A DNA stretch of 64,000 nt from a virus. The position numbers and the translations under genes were made by a program. The notes below the pieces were generated by a model, which had not been told where the DNA came from, did no database searches, and worked only from the letters and a program-made list of their open reading frames with translations. Shown here piece after piece: positions 50,459-60,513 of the stretch. How positions within the stretch are numbered: position 1 is the first letter of the stretch; every line of letters starts with the position of its first letter. The DNA is taken from IMG/VR virus record IMGVR_UViG_3300007640_000027; one strand, given 5' to 3'.

Positions 50459-52513
50459 TTATACATTCGGATTATTATCAACAATGTTAAATCCGAAATC
50501 ACATTCAATTTCGTTGGCAATAAAGTCAAAGTCACAAGCCACGGTTTCCAATGAGAAGTTGAAGAAACAACCCAATAAACACGGATAACATTCAGGACAC
50601 CAATAATCATATAAGTCAAACCTGTCCTTTAATAATCTCGCGTTATGTTGAATCTGCGGTGTACTTAATGGTTCCACATACATTCTGAATTGTGAAATAC
50701 CACCCATAAATGTCCCACCAAAATTTTGTTCCAAAAGAATATCGGTCGTCAAACCAGATAAACTGGTACCTGATAATGTTTCATTTGGCATACTCTCAGG
50801 ATCCTGAATATATGGTCCTTCCAAAGCAGAACAACCACTAAACATCAAACTTTCTCTTAACCCTTGAGTACCACCACCCCAACTGATGTTAAACGGAACA
50901 CCCAATTGTTTTTCCTTCTGAGTATTGAGTTCTCTTGGAATAATCTCCTCAAAATCTTCAATAACCATAAACAGATAACCGTTTACGTATAGTTTCAATA
51001 ATCCCTTTCTTTTATCTCTTTCTCTTAACCACTTGCGGTTTAATTCCACAATGTTTTCCTTCTTTTCTTTGGTTGAACCTGGATGTGTCTGTGGTGGCAT
51101 AATGAGATTATATGCAGCACCATTTATCGCAGAAGGATATAACTGTTCCCGAATATCACCCAATCCACCCCAATTCAATAAATCACACCCCTCCAAACTC
51201 TGATATCTTTCAAACACGGCAGTTATCATAACCCATCTTTCCTCAGTGTTTGCTGTCACACAAATAGGGTTATTGTAATTACAATCATCATAAATTCCAC
51301 GAGTGGAACAAATTTCATTAACACAATAACCTGATGAATATGTTAAACCAGTGGTCTCACAACTTCCCGTTGTTACACAATCACCAGTTAATTTTAAATA
51401 TTTCACACAAAGTTGGGGATTTTTGGGGTCACCCTCAAACTTTAAAGACATTGCATTTGAAAACACATCTTTTCCTGGATCAACAGGTGGATTTTCCACC
51501 GTTGTATTATAACCACCACAAGGACCAAGATTATGTTTTATGGTTGTACCCGTGGTTGGAAATACGGTTAAACAATCTGAGTTGGTTACACCAGTGTTTG
51601 CACATGCACAAGTTTTAATACAATTTGTTAATCCTGATGTTACACGGTTATAGGTCCAACCTGACGCATCGCCTGATATATCAATATTAAAATCACACGT
51701 AAATGTTTCGGTTGTTTGAACGTCACCCGATGCTGGATGGTAATACTTGTTTTCGGCTCTCGTTCCAAAGAAAAAGAACGTATTCGCATTATCAGGATAA
51801 ACATCATTTAAATAAACTTCAGAAGGTTGAATTTCATATTCTTCTCTTTGACGAGGTTTAAGAAGAAACTCCGCAGACCAACCTTTATTTACCCTTTCAG
51901 GAAAAACTTCATAATCATACCCGAATAACTTATAAAACCCCTGATAAAAACCACCATATAATTCATTGTAATAACCAACAGTTTCACCACTTTTGGAAAC
52001 TATATTATATATGGTTTTTGAATTACCTGAAAATCTATGGTTTGGCCAATCGGCATAACTGGTAACAGGAAACATTTTCATTCTCCTATCAAAATAATGG
52101 GGATTAAATGTTTCACCAGTATTAATACCCATCGTGAAAGTTAAAGTTTCACCAGTCATCTTATTGTATAATCCGTTGTCCGTCCCCGTTAAACCAATAT
52201 CACATAACGTGCTTGCAGTTAAACAAGTGAGATCCACATTGTCAGGATTATAATAATTCTTTGATACAACAGGATTACCTGAATAATGAACATTCCATAA
52301 TAAAGTCATTTGTTGCGCAGAATCAGATGATGATAAATCCATATTGATCGGCAACCTGTTTCCGTCATTTTCGGCGATTAAATTGGTTGAAAATACAACT
52401 TCTTCATCATAATCACGTTCATCCGACACCAAAGTTAAATCAAAATAACTGGAATCATCAAGACGGAGATCATACCTGTTAAAATAGTAGTTGTTGATAT
52501 TCTGACTCGCCAT
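50459..52513 (-). CDS. Cys-rich virion protein with LamG/ConA-like elements
   Basis: LKLYVNGYL, FMGGISQFRMYVEPLS..QI..N LamG-like motifs; many Cys; nine [S/T]GxT motifs. Confidence 0.55.
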   Translation of the reverse strand: MASQNINNYYFNRYDLRLDDSSYFDLTLVSDERDYDEEVVFSTNLIAENDGNRLPINMDLSSSDSAQQMTLLWNVHYSGNPVVSKNYYNPDNVDLTCLTASTLCDIGLTGTDNGLYNKMTGETLTFTMGINTGETFNPHYFDRRMKMFPVTSYADWPNHRFSGNSKTIYNIVSKSGETVGYYNELYGGFYQGFYKLFGYDYEVFPERVNKGWSAEFLLKPRQREEYEIQPSEVYLNDVYPDNANTFFFFGTRAENKYYHPASGDVQTTETFTCDFNIDISGDASGWTYNRVTSGLTNCIKTCACANTGVTNSDCLTVFPTTGTTIKHNLGPCGGYNTTVENPPVDPGKDVFSNAMSLKFEGDPKNPQLCVKYLKLTGDCVTTGSCETTGLTYSSGYCVNEICSTRGIYDDCNYNNPICVTANTEERWVMITAVFERYQSLEGCDLLNWGGLGDIREQLYPSAINGAAYNLIMPPQTHPGSTKEKKENIVELNRKWLRERDKRKGLLKLYVNGYLFMVIEDFEEIIPRELNTQKEKQLGVPFNISWGGGTQGLRESLMFSGCSALEGPYIQDPESMPNETLSGTSLSGLTTDILLEQNFGGTFMGGISQFRMYVEPLSTPQIQHNARLLKDRFDLYDYWCPECYPCLLGCFFNFSLETVACDFDFIANEIECDFGFNIVDNNPNV

Positions 52514-52527
52514 TATGGTTTTTTTAG

Positions 52528-52553
52528 ATAAATACTTTCTTTGCGGTATTTAT
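52528..52553. promoter_or_regulatory. Back-to-back TATTTAT putative late promoters
   Basis: ATAAATA 52528-52534 (minus strand, 14 nt from ATG 52513) and TATTTAT 52547-52553 (plus strand, 16 nt from ATG 52570). Confidence 0.55.
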
Positions 52554-52569
52554 TATAAAAAGTTATATC

Positions 52570-53307
52570 ATGGAAGATATCTTTAAGAGAAAAAGTTTCG
52601 CAGAAAAAAGAGCAGAAGAACTTGGTTGTGAAGGAATACACAAACATAAGGGGGGGTTTATGCCTTGTTCTACTCACAAAAAATATGAAGAAAAAGTCAA
52701 AGCAAATAAATCCAAAGAAGAAATGGAAGAGGTAATTGACTTTGATGGAACAATGAATAATTCAAAAATTCCAATCTTAGATCCAAGAGTAACCAACAAA
52801 GGTACAAATACTATGGATAAAACTGTTGCTATGACCAGAATAACACAAGATCCTTTAATGAGGGGTTATAGAGTATATTACGGAGAATCATTGGTAAGAG
52901 AAGAAGATATGGAAAATGCATTCGGATATGAGGAAACAAATGATATGAATGCAGAAGAAACAATTGATTATTTTATAAAAGAACTTGGTTTTGATAAAGA
53001 TGATGCTGAAGACAGGGCGGTTGAAATGGGTAAAGATCCCGATATTCCTGATAATCCTGAATTGAAAGATGAAGAAGATTTTATTGATACAATGAGATTA
53101 GTTGAAAAGAAATTCACAAAAAAAGACATTATACAGATGTCTGAAGATCTTTTGGTTAAAAAAAGCGAAGATAAAGATATCAAAAAGAAAACCGATGATG
53201 GTGTTTCACCAATTTTATTAAGAAATATTAAAGCATTAAAAAACCAAGCAGATGTGTTAGGTTTATCAGATGAAGAATTAATACGTTTAATTAAAAATGA
53301 ACAGTAA
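52570..53307 (+). CDS. Hypothetical protein with N-terminal Cys/His motif (DUF3721-like)
   Basis: AEKRAEELGCEGIHKHKGGFMPCSTH. Confidence 0.55.
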   Translation: MEDIFKRKSFAEKRAEELGCEGIHKHKGGFMPCSTHKKYEEKVKANKSKEEMEEVIDFDGTMNNSKIPILDPRVTNKGTNTMDKTVAMTRITQDPLMRGYRVYYGESLVREEDMENAFGYEETNDMNAEETIDYFIKELGFDKDDAEDRAVEMGKDPDIPDNPELKDEEDFIDTMRLVEKKFTKKDIIQMSEDLLVKKSEDKDIKKKTDDGVSPILLRNIKALKNQADVLGLSDEELIRLIKNEQ

Positions 53308-53755
53308 ACTATACGATAGAAAAGCAAAACTACCTGATAGTTTGAAACAACATTTGGAAGATTCTTTTAAGAATATTGATGCAGATAGCAATACTGAAGG
53401 TTTTAATAGAAATAAAGAATTAAGAGAATCAGGTATTGCAACGTATCAACAAATTAAGAGAATTAAAAACTGGTTTGATAGTTATCAAGGTAACGAAGAA
53501 GATGCTCCGTTTATTTTAAATGGAGGAAAAAGAATGCACAGATGGTGTGATCAAGTACTTGACCATTGGAGAGATACAATGGAAAAAGGAAAGAAAATTA
53601 AAGCCGATACAGGAATGGAAAATCAATTTATTGACACACACGACAAAGAGGGTGGATCAGTTAATCCTCACGATAGTCACGAAAAAAGTATTAATAAATT
53701 TGATACCGCAGTTACGGAACAAATAAGAATAATAAACAAATTAATGTCCAATTAA
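53297..53755 (+). CDS. Hypothetical protein
   Basis: 152 aa coupled ORF. Confidence 0.6.
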   Translation: MNSKLYDRKAKLPDSLKQHLEDSFKNIDADSNTEGFNRNKELRESGIATYQQIKRIKNWFDSYQGNEEDAPFILNGGKRMHRWCDQVLDHWRDTMEKGKKIKADTGMENQFIDTHDKEGGSVNPHDSHEKSINKFDTAVTEQIRIINKLMSN

Positions 53756-53757
53756 TT

Positions 53758-54096
53758 ATGGCAACACAAAACGACGAATTAGATTTTTCTCAACCAAATA
53801 ACGAGTTGACACAAATCGCAAACTCAAGAAGATCAGTACTTCTTCCAAGAAATGATTTTCAACCTGAAGGTCAAGAATATGGCGTTTCACACCCTGACGC
53901 AACTGCCGATGGTGATAACGCTGGTCGTGGTACAGGACAATTTCTTGATATTTTTAATTACAATGCAGGTACATTACAAGATATTCAAGAAAGAATTGGT
54001 GACATCAAAGTGAACAAATATAACAACAACAAACCGTATTATGTTCAAGATGATCAAAGTCCAAATACACCTAATAACCCATTACCAGTATTGTAA
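53758..54096 (+). CDS. Hypothetical protein
   Basis: 112 aa coupled ORF. Confidence 0.6.
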   Translation: MATQNDELDFSQPNNELTQIANSRRSVLLPRNDFQPEGQEYGVSHPDATADGDNAGRGTGQFLDIFNYNAGTLQDIQERIGDIKVNKYNNNKPYYVQDDQSPNTPNNPLPVL

Positions 54097-54494
54097 TGAA
54101 ACTAATAAGTACGTTTAAAGGTTTATTGACAGAAATTGCGTCAATTCAAGACGTTCAAAAATCTATTCAGGATAAAAAAGTTATGACCATTTATTATGAT
54201 GGTGATATTCCTGGAGGTAAAGGTTTAAGACGTATTGAACCTGTATGCTTGGGATATAGCAAAGCAGGAAACCTTGTATTACGTGCTTGGGATATTGACG
54301 GTGCATCGCATACAGCGACAACAGGTGAACAACCGTTACCTGGTTGGAGGTTATTCAGGTTAGATAAAATCTTTACTTATAACCCTACTGGTGATAATTT
54401 TAATACACCAAGACCCGGATACAACTTTAATGGTGATAAAAGTATGGAGAGGGTCATTTTAAACGCGCAATTTAATACAGAACAAGATGAGTGA
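54096..54494 (+). CDS. Stand-alone WYL-domain protein
   Basis: IYY...RRIEPVCLG...LVLRAW...WRLFRLDKI; no HTH. Confidence 0.8.
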   Translation: MKLISTFKGLLTEIASIQDVQKSIQDKKVMTIYYDGDIPGGKGLRRIEPVCLGYSKAGNLVLRAWDIDGASHTATTGEQPLPGWRLFRLDKIFTYNPTGDNFNTPRPGYNFNGDKSMERVILNAQFNTEQDE

Positions 54495-55092
54495 TTTAAT
54501 GCAAAAATTAGCAGCTTCAAAAAAGATGATGGATATACATAATGCAATTCCAAGAGGACAAGCGACCGGCCAACTTCCTGTGAATGAAAATGTTAATGCG
54601 ACATATAACGTACCACAAGAAGTAGTTAGTCAGTCACCCGCACCTGTACCACAACCACCAATTACACAATCAGTCACTACTAACCGACCTGTTACGGAAG
54701 ATGCAATTAAAAACTCAAAACTCCCTGATGAGATTAAAAGATTAATGTTAGAAAATCCAATTGAACAACCACAAATGAATGGTCCTGTTTTATCTGATGA
54801 CATTATTGAAGGAGCAACAAGACTTATGGGTCAAAAACAAAGTAACACGCCAGTGACTGAAACACAAACTAATAACATTCCTACATCATCTGTTAATAGA
54901 AATGACTCAGACTTAAAACAAATGATCAGAGATGTCGTTCGTGATACAGTTAGAGATGTAGTTAAAGAAGAATTATCAAACGCAGGTTTAATATCTGAAT
55001 CTTCACAAAAAACAAATGATACTTTATCATTAAGAGTCGGAAAACACGTTTTTGAAGGGAAGGTAACTAAGATAAAAAAACTTAAACAATAA
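54487..55092 (+). CDS. Hypothetical protein
   Basis: 201 aa, P/Q/T-rich linker regions, several VNE/VTE/ISE motifs. Confidence 0.6.
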   Translation: MSDLMQKLAASKKMMDIHNAIPRGQATGQLPVNENVNATYNVPQEVVSQSPAPVPQPPITQSVTTNRPVTEDAIKNSKLPDEIKRLMLENPIEQPQMNGPVLSDDIIEGATRLMGQKQSNTPVTETQTNNIPTSSVNRNDSDLKQMIRDVVRDTVRDVVKEELSNAGLISESSQKTNDTLSLRVGKHVFEGKVTKIKKLKQ

Positions 55093-55093
55093 C

Positions 55094-55122
55094 TTGTCTT
55101 ATCTTTTGTTTTTTGTTATACT
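55094..55122 (+). promoter_or_regulatory. Sigma70-like promoter ahead of the glycosyltransferase/dUTPase operon
   Basis: TTGTCT-N17-TATACT, 17 nt upstream of ATG 55140. Confidence 0.5.
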
Positions 55123-55139
55123 TCTTGTAAAACAAAAGC

Positions 55140-56348
55140 ATGAGTAAAATTAATGTATTATGTCTGCCCTCAGACCGTAGCGGAGTCGGAAAGTTCCGTT
55201 CTGTAGAACCTCACATTTTCTTACAAAACAAGTATCCTGATGATTTTCACGTGGATATTGACTATGAACCAAAAATCAATGATGATAACTATTGGAAACA
55301 ATACGATATCGTACATTTTCATAGACAGATAGGTAAAGATTTTTTAAAATCACCTATGATTATTGAAAAACTCAATAAGATGGGTATTGTAACCATTATG
55401 GACTTAGATGACTATTGGTTACCAGGACCTGAACATCCTGCACACTCTTTGGTCAAGCAAGAAAAAATAGATCAACATATCAAAAACAATCTGAAAGTTG
55501 CAGGTCACGTAACCACAACTACTTCAGTATATGCGGATTTAATTAAAAAGTTAAATCCAAATGTTTACGTATTACCAAACTCAATTAACCCTGATGAAAG
55601 CCAATTTAAGGCAGAAACTTTACCATCAGACAAACTTCGTTTTGGTTGGTTAGGTGGTTCTTCACACTTAAAAGATTTGGAATTATTAAAAGGTACGGTT
55701 AATAAACTTTCAAGTATGAAAGATCAGTTTGAAATGTACATTTGTGGTTTTGACTTACGAGGAACTGTAACTGAGATTAACCCTCAAACAGGTGAGAAGA
55801 AACAAAGACCAATCAAACCAACAGAAACCGTTTGGGCAAGATATGAAGAATTCTTCACGGACAATTATAAAATGATTGACGAAGATTACAAAAAATTCTT
55901 GATGACTTTTCAAGAAACAGAATATCCCAATGCAAACTTTTACCATAGAGTATGGACCAAACCTGTTACATCATATGCAAAAAATTATTCAAGATTTGAT
56001 GTATCTTTGGCACCAATTAAGGATAATACATTTAACCGAGCAAAATCACAACTTAAAGTTATTGAAGCAGGTTTTTACAAAAAAGCATTAATCGCATCAG
56101 ATGTGGGCCCTTATACAATTGATTTGAAACATGCATTAGATAATGGAAAATTCACCAATGGAAACGCATTATTGGTAGATAAAAACCGAAATCACGGTGA
56201 TTGGGCAAAATATATGAAGAAATTAATTCAGAACCCATCTTGGGCTGAAGATCTAGGAGAAAGACTTTATGAAACCGTAAAAGATACGTACAATTTAAAT
56301 ACAGTAACAAAAACACGAGCAGAACTTTATAAAACATTAGCAAAATGA
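55140..56348 (+). CDS. GT-B fold glycosyltransferase (GT4-like)
   Basis: MDLDDYW, VLPNSIN, FGWLGGSSH, DVSLAP...FNRAKSQLKVIEAG...IASDVGPY. Confidence 0.85.
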   Translation: MSKINVLCLPSDRSGVGKFRSVEPHIFLQNKYPDDFHVDIDYEPKINDDNYWKQYDIVHFHRQIGKDFLKSPMIIEKLNKMGIVTIMDLDDYWLPGPEHPAHSLVKQEKIDQHIKNNLKVAGHVTTTTSVYADLIKKLNPNVYVLPNSINPDESQFKAETLPSDKLRFGWLGGSSHLKDLELLKGTVNKLSSMKDQFEMYICGFDLRGTVTEINPQTGEKKQRPIKPTETVWARYEEFFTDNYKMIDEDYKKFLMTFQETEYPNANFYHRVWTKPVTSYAKNYSRFDVSLAPIKDNTFNRAKSQLKVIEAGFYKKALIASDVGPYTIDLKHALDNGKFTNGNALLVDKNRNHGDWAKYMKKLIQNPSWAEDLGERLYETVKDTYNLNTVTKTRAELYKTLAK

Positions 56349-57046
56349 TTAATTACCCAAAAACAAAATTATTATTCTTTGATCTTGAAACCGTTGGAAT
56401 TGAAAAAGACCTTCCAACATTAAGAGATAAAAATCCCGAACTGGCAAGACTTTTTGAGAGTTATAAAAACTGGTTTGATAAGAAATTTAACGATGAAGAC
56501 AAAAATACCGTTGAAGAAACTTTCGTGAACCGAGCAGCACTCGTTCCTGAATTTGCAAAAATCATCGTTGGAACATTCGCATTCGTTGATCAAAATGGAA
56601 AAACCCACATTAAAACCTTCTCAGGTGATAATGAAAAAGAAATTCTTTTGGAGATGAAAGAACTTATTGATCGGGTGAATAAATTGGATTTTTGGTTATG
56701 TGGTCACAACATCAAAATATTTGATATTCCAATGCTCGGAAAACGATTTGTTATTAACGGAATCAAACCACCAAAAATTCTTCCAACATATGACACCAAA
56801 CCGTGGGAAATGAAAGCGTTGGACACAAAAGATGTTTGGGGGTTTGGGAATAATTATTCCATTTCATCTTTGGACTTAATGTGTGTATCATTGGGTATTG
56901 AAAGTCCAAAAACAGGTGAGGTATCAGGAAACCTTGTTCACGATACATATTGGAACAAAAACGGTCTTGGACCCATCGCAGAATATTGCGAAAGAGATGT
57001 TAAGGTTTTAATTGATGTGATGGATAAACTTTATAATATGAAATAA
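56345..57046 (+). CDS. DEDD 3'-5' exonuclease related to the PolB exonuclease domain
   Basis: FFDLET, GHNIKIFDIP, YCERDV. Confidence 0.8.
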   Translation: MINYPKTKLLFFDLETVGIEKDLPTLRDKNPELARLFESYKNWFDKKFNDEDKNTVEETFVNRAALVPEFAKIIVGTFAFVDQNGKTHIKTFSGDNEKEILLEMKELIDRVNKLDFWLCGHNIKIFDIPMLGKRFVINGIKPPKILPTYDTKPWEMKALDTKDVWGFGNNYSISSLDLMCVSLGIESPKTGEVSGNLVHDTYWNKNGLGPIAEYCERDVKVLIDVMDKLYNMK

Positions 57047-57047
57047 A

Positions 57048-57647
57048 ATGTTAAACAACATTAAAGAATTAAGAGATAGTTTAAAAAAAATTAAAGATTT
57101 AAAAAATACACTGGAATCAGACGGAAGTGCAGATCCGATGAGCATCTTTACAGATTTGGGAATTGATGTGAAAGATTTGGATAAAGAATTCGCAGATCAA
57201 ATGAGATTAAAGGTTACCCTTCGTTATCAAAAAGATGGTGATAACCCTGAATTACAATATCATTATCAAAGTGATTCAGGTTTTGATTTAAGAGCAAATG
57301 AAACCGTAACACTTGAACCGTTTGAAAGAAAACTCGTACCCACAGGAATATTCTTTGAAATACCCGAAGGTTATGAAATTCAAGTTCGTCCAAAAAGTGG
57401 ATTAACAATCAAAAGAGGATTGACCGTTTTAAACACACCAGGAACCATAGATCAAGGTTATACAGGTGAGATTAAGTGCATCATCATCAATATGGATAAA
57501 AACCCTCAGACCATAGAAAAAGGGGATAAAATTGCTCAAGCAGTTCTTTGTCCCGTGATGACAGGAAGAAACGTGACCTTACAACAAATAGATAAAGTTC
57601 AAGATAAAGAGAGAAAAGACAATGGGTTCGGATCAACAGGAAATTAA
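57048..57647 (+). CDS. dut: Trimeric dUTPase
   Basis: SGFDL, RPKSGL, NTPGTIDQGYTGEI, GDKIAQ, R..NGFGSTG. Confidence 0.93.
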   Translation: MLNNIKELRDSLKKIKDLKNTLESDGSADPMSIFTDLGIDVKDLDKEFADQMRLKVTLRYQKDGDNPELQYHYQSDSGFDLRANETVTLEPFERKLVPTGIFFEIPEGYEIQVRPKSGLTIKRGLTVLNTPGTIDQGYTGEIKCIIINMDKNPQTIEKGDKIAQAVLCPVMTGRNVTLQQIDKVQDKERKDNGFGSTGN

Positions 57648-58026
57648 TATTAGTCCCGTCTTACCTGATGGGAAAAAGAATTATCTAATTGATATTGACG
57701 GAACAATAACCGATGATATTCCAAATGAACAACCCGAAAGAATGGAAACTTGTTTTCCTTATGAAGGTTCAGTTGAAATTATAAACGGATGGTATGATGA
57801 AGGACATATTATTACCTTCTTTACCTCACGTACAGATGAACATAGAGAAATAACAGAAAAGTGGTTTGAAAAACATAATTTTAAATACCACAACTTATTG
57901 ATGAATAAACCCAGAGGAGGTAACTACCATTGGATAGATAATCACATAGTTAGAGGGACACGTTATAATGGAAAATGGACACCACTAACGGAAAAAGAAA
58001 CCACCATACAAGTATTTGAAGACTGA
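57622..58026 (+). CDS. Small HAD phosphatase (capsule-biosynthesis phosphatase-like)
   Basis: LIDIDGTI, FFTSR, MNKPRG..YHWIDN. Confidence 0.75.
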   Translation: MGSDQQEINISPVLPDGKKNYLIDIDGTITDDIPNEQPERMETCFPYEGSVEIINGWYDEGHIITFFTSRTDEHREITEKWFEKHNFKYHNLLMNKPRGGNYHWIDNHIVRGTRYNGKWTPLTEKETTIQVFED

Positions 58027-59675
58027 TGATTACAATAGGATACAGCACCAAAAAAATTGATCCCGAGTTTAAAAACTACATAGAAAAATCTTGCGGTTTA
58101 CACAACGTGGAAATTATACCATTTGAAAATCCCGGTACTCACTCACTAACCGAAGCATATAACATCATTTTGGAACAATCCACAAATGATATTGTTGTCC
58201 TGTGCCACGATGATATCTATTTTGATACCAAAAATTGGGGTAACAAAATCTTAAAACATTTTAAGAGAAATCCTGAATATGGGATTTTGGGTGTCGCTGG
58301 TTCCATAAAAATACCTGAAAGTGGAATGTGGTGGGAGGACCAAACAAAAATGAGGGGGATCGTAAATCATCAACACGAAGGAAAAAAATGGGAGTCAAGG
58401 TATTCATCCAGTTTGGGTAATAAAATTGAAGATGTGGTACTCGTTGATGGTCTTTTTATGGTGTTAAACAAAAAAAACATCAAAAATCAATTCAGCACCG
58501 ATGTTCAGGGGTTCCATATGTATGATGTTGATTTTTGCATCAATAACTTTATAGAAAAAGTAAAAATAGGTGTATTATACGACATTAGAATTACTCACTT
58601 ATCTATCGGACAAACCAATGAACAATGGGAGAAAAATAGACAATTATTCTCAGAAAAATTCAAAGATCAATTACCTATTCGTATTTATGATAATTTTGAA
58701 AATAGACCATTAAAAGTTTTACTCGGGGTATTAAATTTTCAAGGTCTTACCGGTTCTGAGGTGTCCACATTAGAATTAGCCAAAGGTCTTTCAAAAAATG
58801 GTTGTGACGTATCAGTTATTTCAACAAGCATCGGCAAAAATTTTGATCAGATCTGCAAAAAACATAATATCAAAACATATACCACATCAAATCCACCTGG
58901 GTTTTTGGTCGGAGATGGAAACCAAATTATTAATACTCCACAAGGACAAGTTAGAACAGAAAAAGGAAAATACTATAAAGTTGGTGGTGTTGATTTTGAT
59001 GTTATTCAAACTAACCACACACCAATTACCAACTTATTGTTAAATCTTTATCCTGAAAAAAAATTCGTAACAGTGGTTCGGTCTGAAATAATAGATTTGG
59101 AAAATCCAATTGTGGATGAAAAAGTTAAAAAATACATAACAATACGACCATCAATAAAAGACTATTTAGTTAATGAGTTTAACATAAAAGAAAATATTAT
59201 TGATGTGATTTATAATCCATTTGACACTTCAAGATTTAAAAAAGGTCCCGAACCAAACAATGAAAAAGAAATAATACTTTTTGTTGGAACAATGGATTAT
59301 TTGAGAAAACAATCTATTGAACACTTAATTGAAAAGGTAACATCAGAAAATAAGACGTTATGGTTGGTGGGAAAAGATACAATGGGATACGCGACCGAAT
59401 ATTCTAATAACTATGATAATGTAAAATATTTTGGTGAAAGTGATAAAGTTGAAGATTTTTATCAAAAGTGCGATGTTACCGCAGGAATAATGTTGGGAAG
59501 AACAACGATTGAAGGGTATTTATGTGGAAAACCTGCTTGGATTTATTACGTTGATAATTCAGGAAACATTCAAAATTTTGAATATACAGAAGTACCTGAT
59601 AATCTTAAAGTTTTTGAAAAAGATTATTCAATAAACAAATTTAAGCAAACATATTTAGAGGTTTATAATCAATAA
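58026..59675 (+). CDS. Two-domain glycosyltransferase (GT2-like N-terminal, GT-B/GT4-like C-terminal)
   Basis: SLTEAYN...LCHDD...VDGLF...FHMYDVD; then GSEVSTLELAKGL...IYNPFD...GRTTIEGYLCG. Confidence 0.8.
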   Translation: MITIGYSTKKIDPEFKNYIEKSCGLHNVEIIPFENPGTHSLTEAYNIILEQSTNDIVVLCHDDIYFDTKNWGNKILKHFKRNPEYGILGVAGSIKIPESGMWWEDQTKMRGIVNHQHEGKKWESRYSSSLGNKIEDVVLVDGLFMVLNKKNIKNQFSTDVQGFHMYDVDFCINNFIEKVKIGVLYDIRITHLSIGQTNEQWEKNRQLFSEKFKDQLPIRIYDNFENRPLKVLLGVLNFQGLTGSEVSTLELAKGLSKNGCDVSVISTSIGKNFDQICKKHNIKTYTTSNPPGFLVGDGNQIINTPQGQVRTEKGKYYKVGGVDFDVIQTNHTPITNLLLNLYPEKKFVTVVRSEIIDLENPIVDEKVKKYITIRPSIKDYLVNEFNIKENIIDVIYNPFDTSRFKKGPEPNNEKEIILFVGTMDYLRKQSIEHLIEKVTSENKTLWLVGKDTMGYATEYSNNYDNVKYFGESDKVEDFYQKCDVTAGIMLGRTTIEGYLCGKPAWIYYVDNSGNIQNFEYTEVPDNLKVFEKDYSINKFKQTYLEVYNQ

Positions 59676-59691
59676 TATTAAAATTTTTTAG

Positions 59692-60513
59692 GTGAAAATT
59701 GAAGCATTTGACGAATTTGGCTACATTTTGTGGTATTACGCACCAGTAGCTTATAATAGTTTTTTAAAAGGAGAATTAGAGTACACTAAAAGTAAAATAG
59801 GCACTAAACCTGTTTTTTATTTTTCTGAAAATCATTCAGAAGAGAATAAACATTTTGATCCACCTATTTTAGCAAAAATATTACATCCTGAAGAACATAA
59901 TACTTCGTGTTATACACTTAAAGGTCCAAAATTTATTAATAATAATTGGACTCCTCCACCTTATAATGAAGTATATAAAAATGATAAATTTGTTTATGAT
60001 AAACCAATATTAACAATTCACAATAAAAACACTAAGGAATGGATGTCTCACCCACATAATTACTTTGATTCTGTTACATTAGACAAAATGTTTTCTATGT
60101 TAAAACATAAATTTCAAATAGTGTATTTTAGACCTCCTGATAACTCAGAAAAATTTAAATTACAAAAAGATAAACATCAAAACTCTGTAGATATTGGAGA
60201 TAAAGAAGTTTTAACTAAACATCCTGAAGTTATTGATATTGAAAATTTGTTATTAGAAACAAATAAAATTTACAACGAAGTTCAATTTATGATATTAGCT
60301 AACTCAGATCATCATATCTCACCCGCAGGTGATGCAGTAATACCAGCATATTTTGGTGGTGATCTTTTTATATATAATTGTCCTAATTGTACCTCAGCAA
60401 ATAGAGAAGTTTGGAGAACCGGATCTTGGATGGAAAAGTTATCGGGATCTAAAATTTTTGGTCACAATAATTATGACGAGTTGTTAAATAACATAACTGA
60501 AAAATGGTTATAG
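59692..60513 (+). CDS. Hypothetical protein in the glycan island, possibly glycosyltransferase-like
   Basis: 273 aa, GTG start; context only. Confidence 0.45.
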   Translation: MKIEAFDEFGYILWYYAPVAYNSFLKGELEYTKSKIGTKPVFYFSENHSEENKHFDPPILAKILHPEEHNTSCYTLKGPKFINNNWTPPPYNEVYKNDKFVYDKPILTIHNKNTKEWMSHPHNYFDSVTLDKMFSMLKHKFQIVYFRPPDNSEKFKLQKDKHQNSVDIGDKEVLTKHPEVIDIENLLLETNKIYNEVQFMILANSDHHISPAGDAVIPAYFGGDLFIYNCPNCTSANREVWRTGSWMEKLSGSKIFGHNNYDELLNNITEKWL

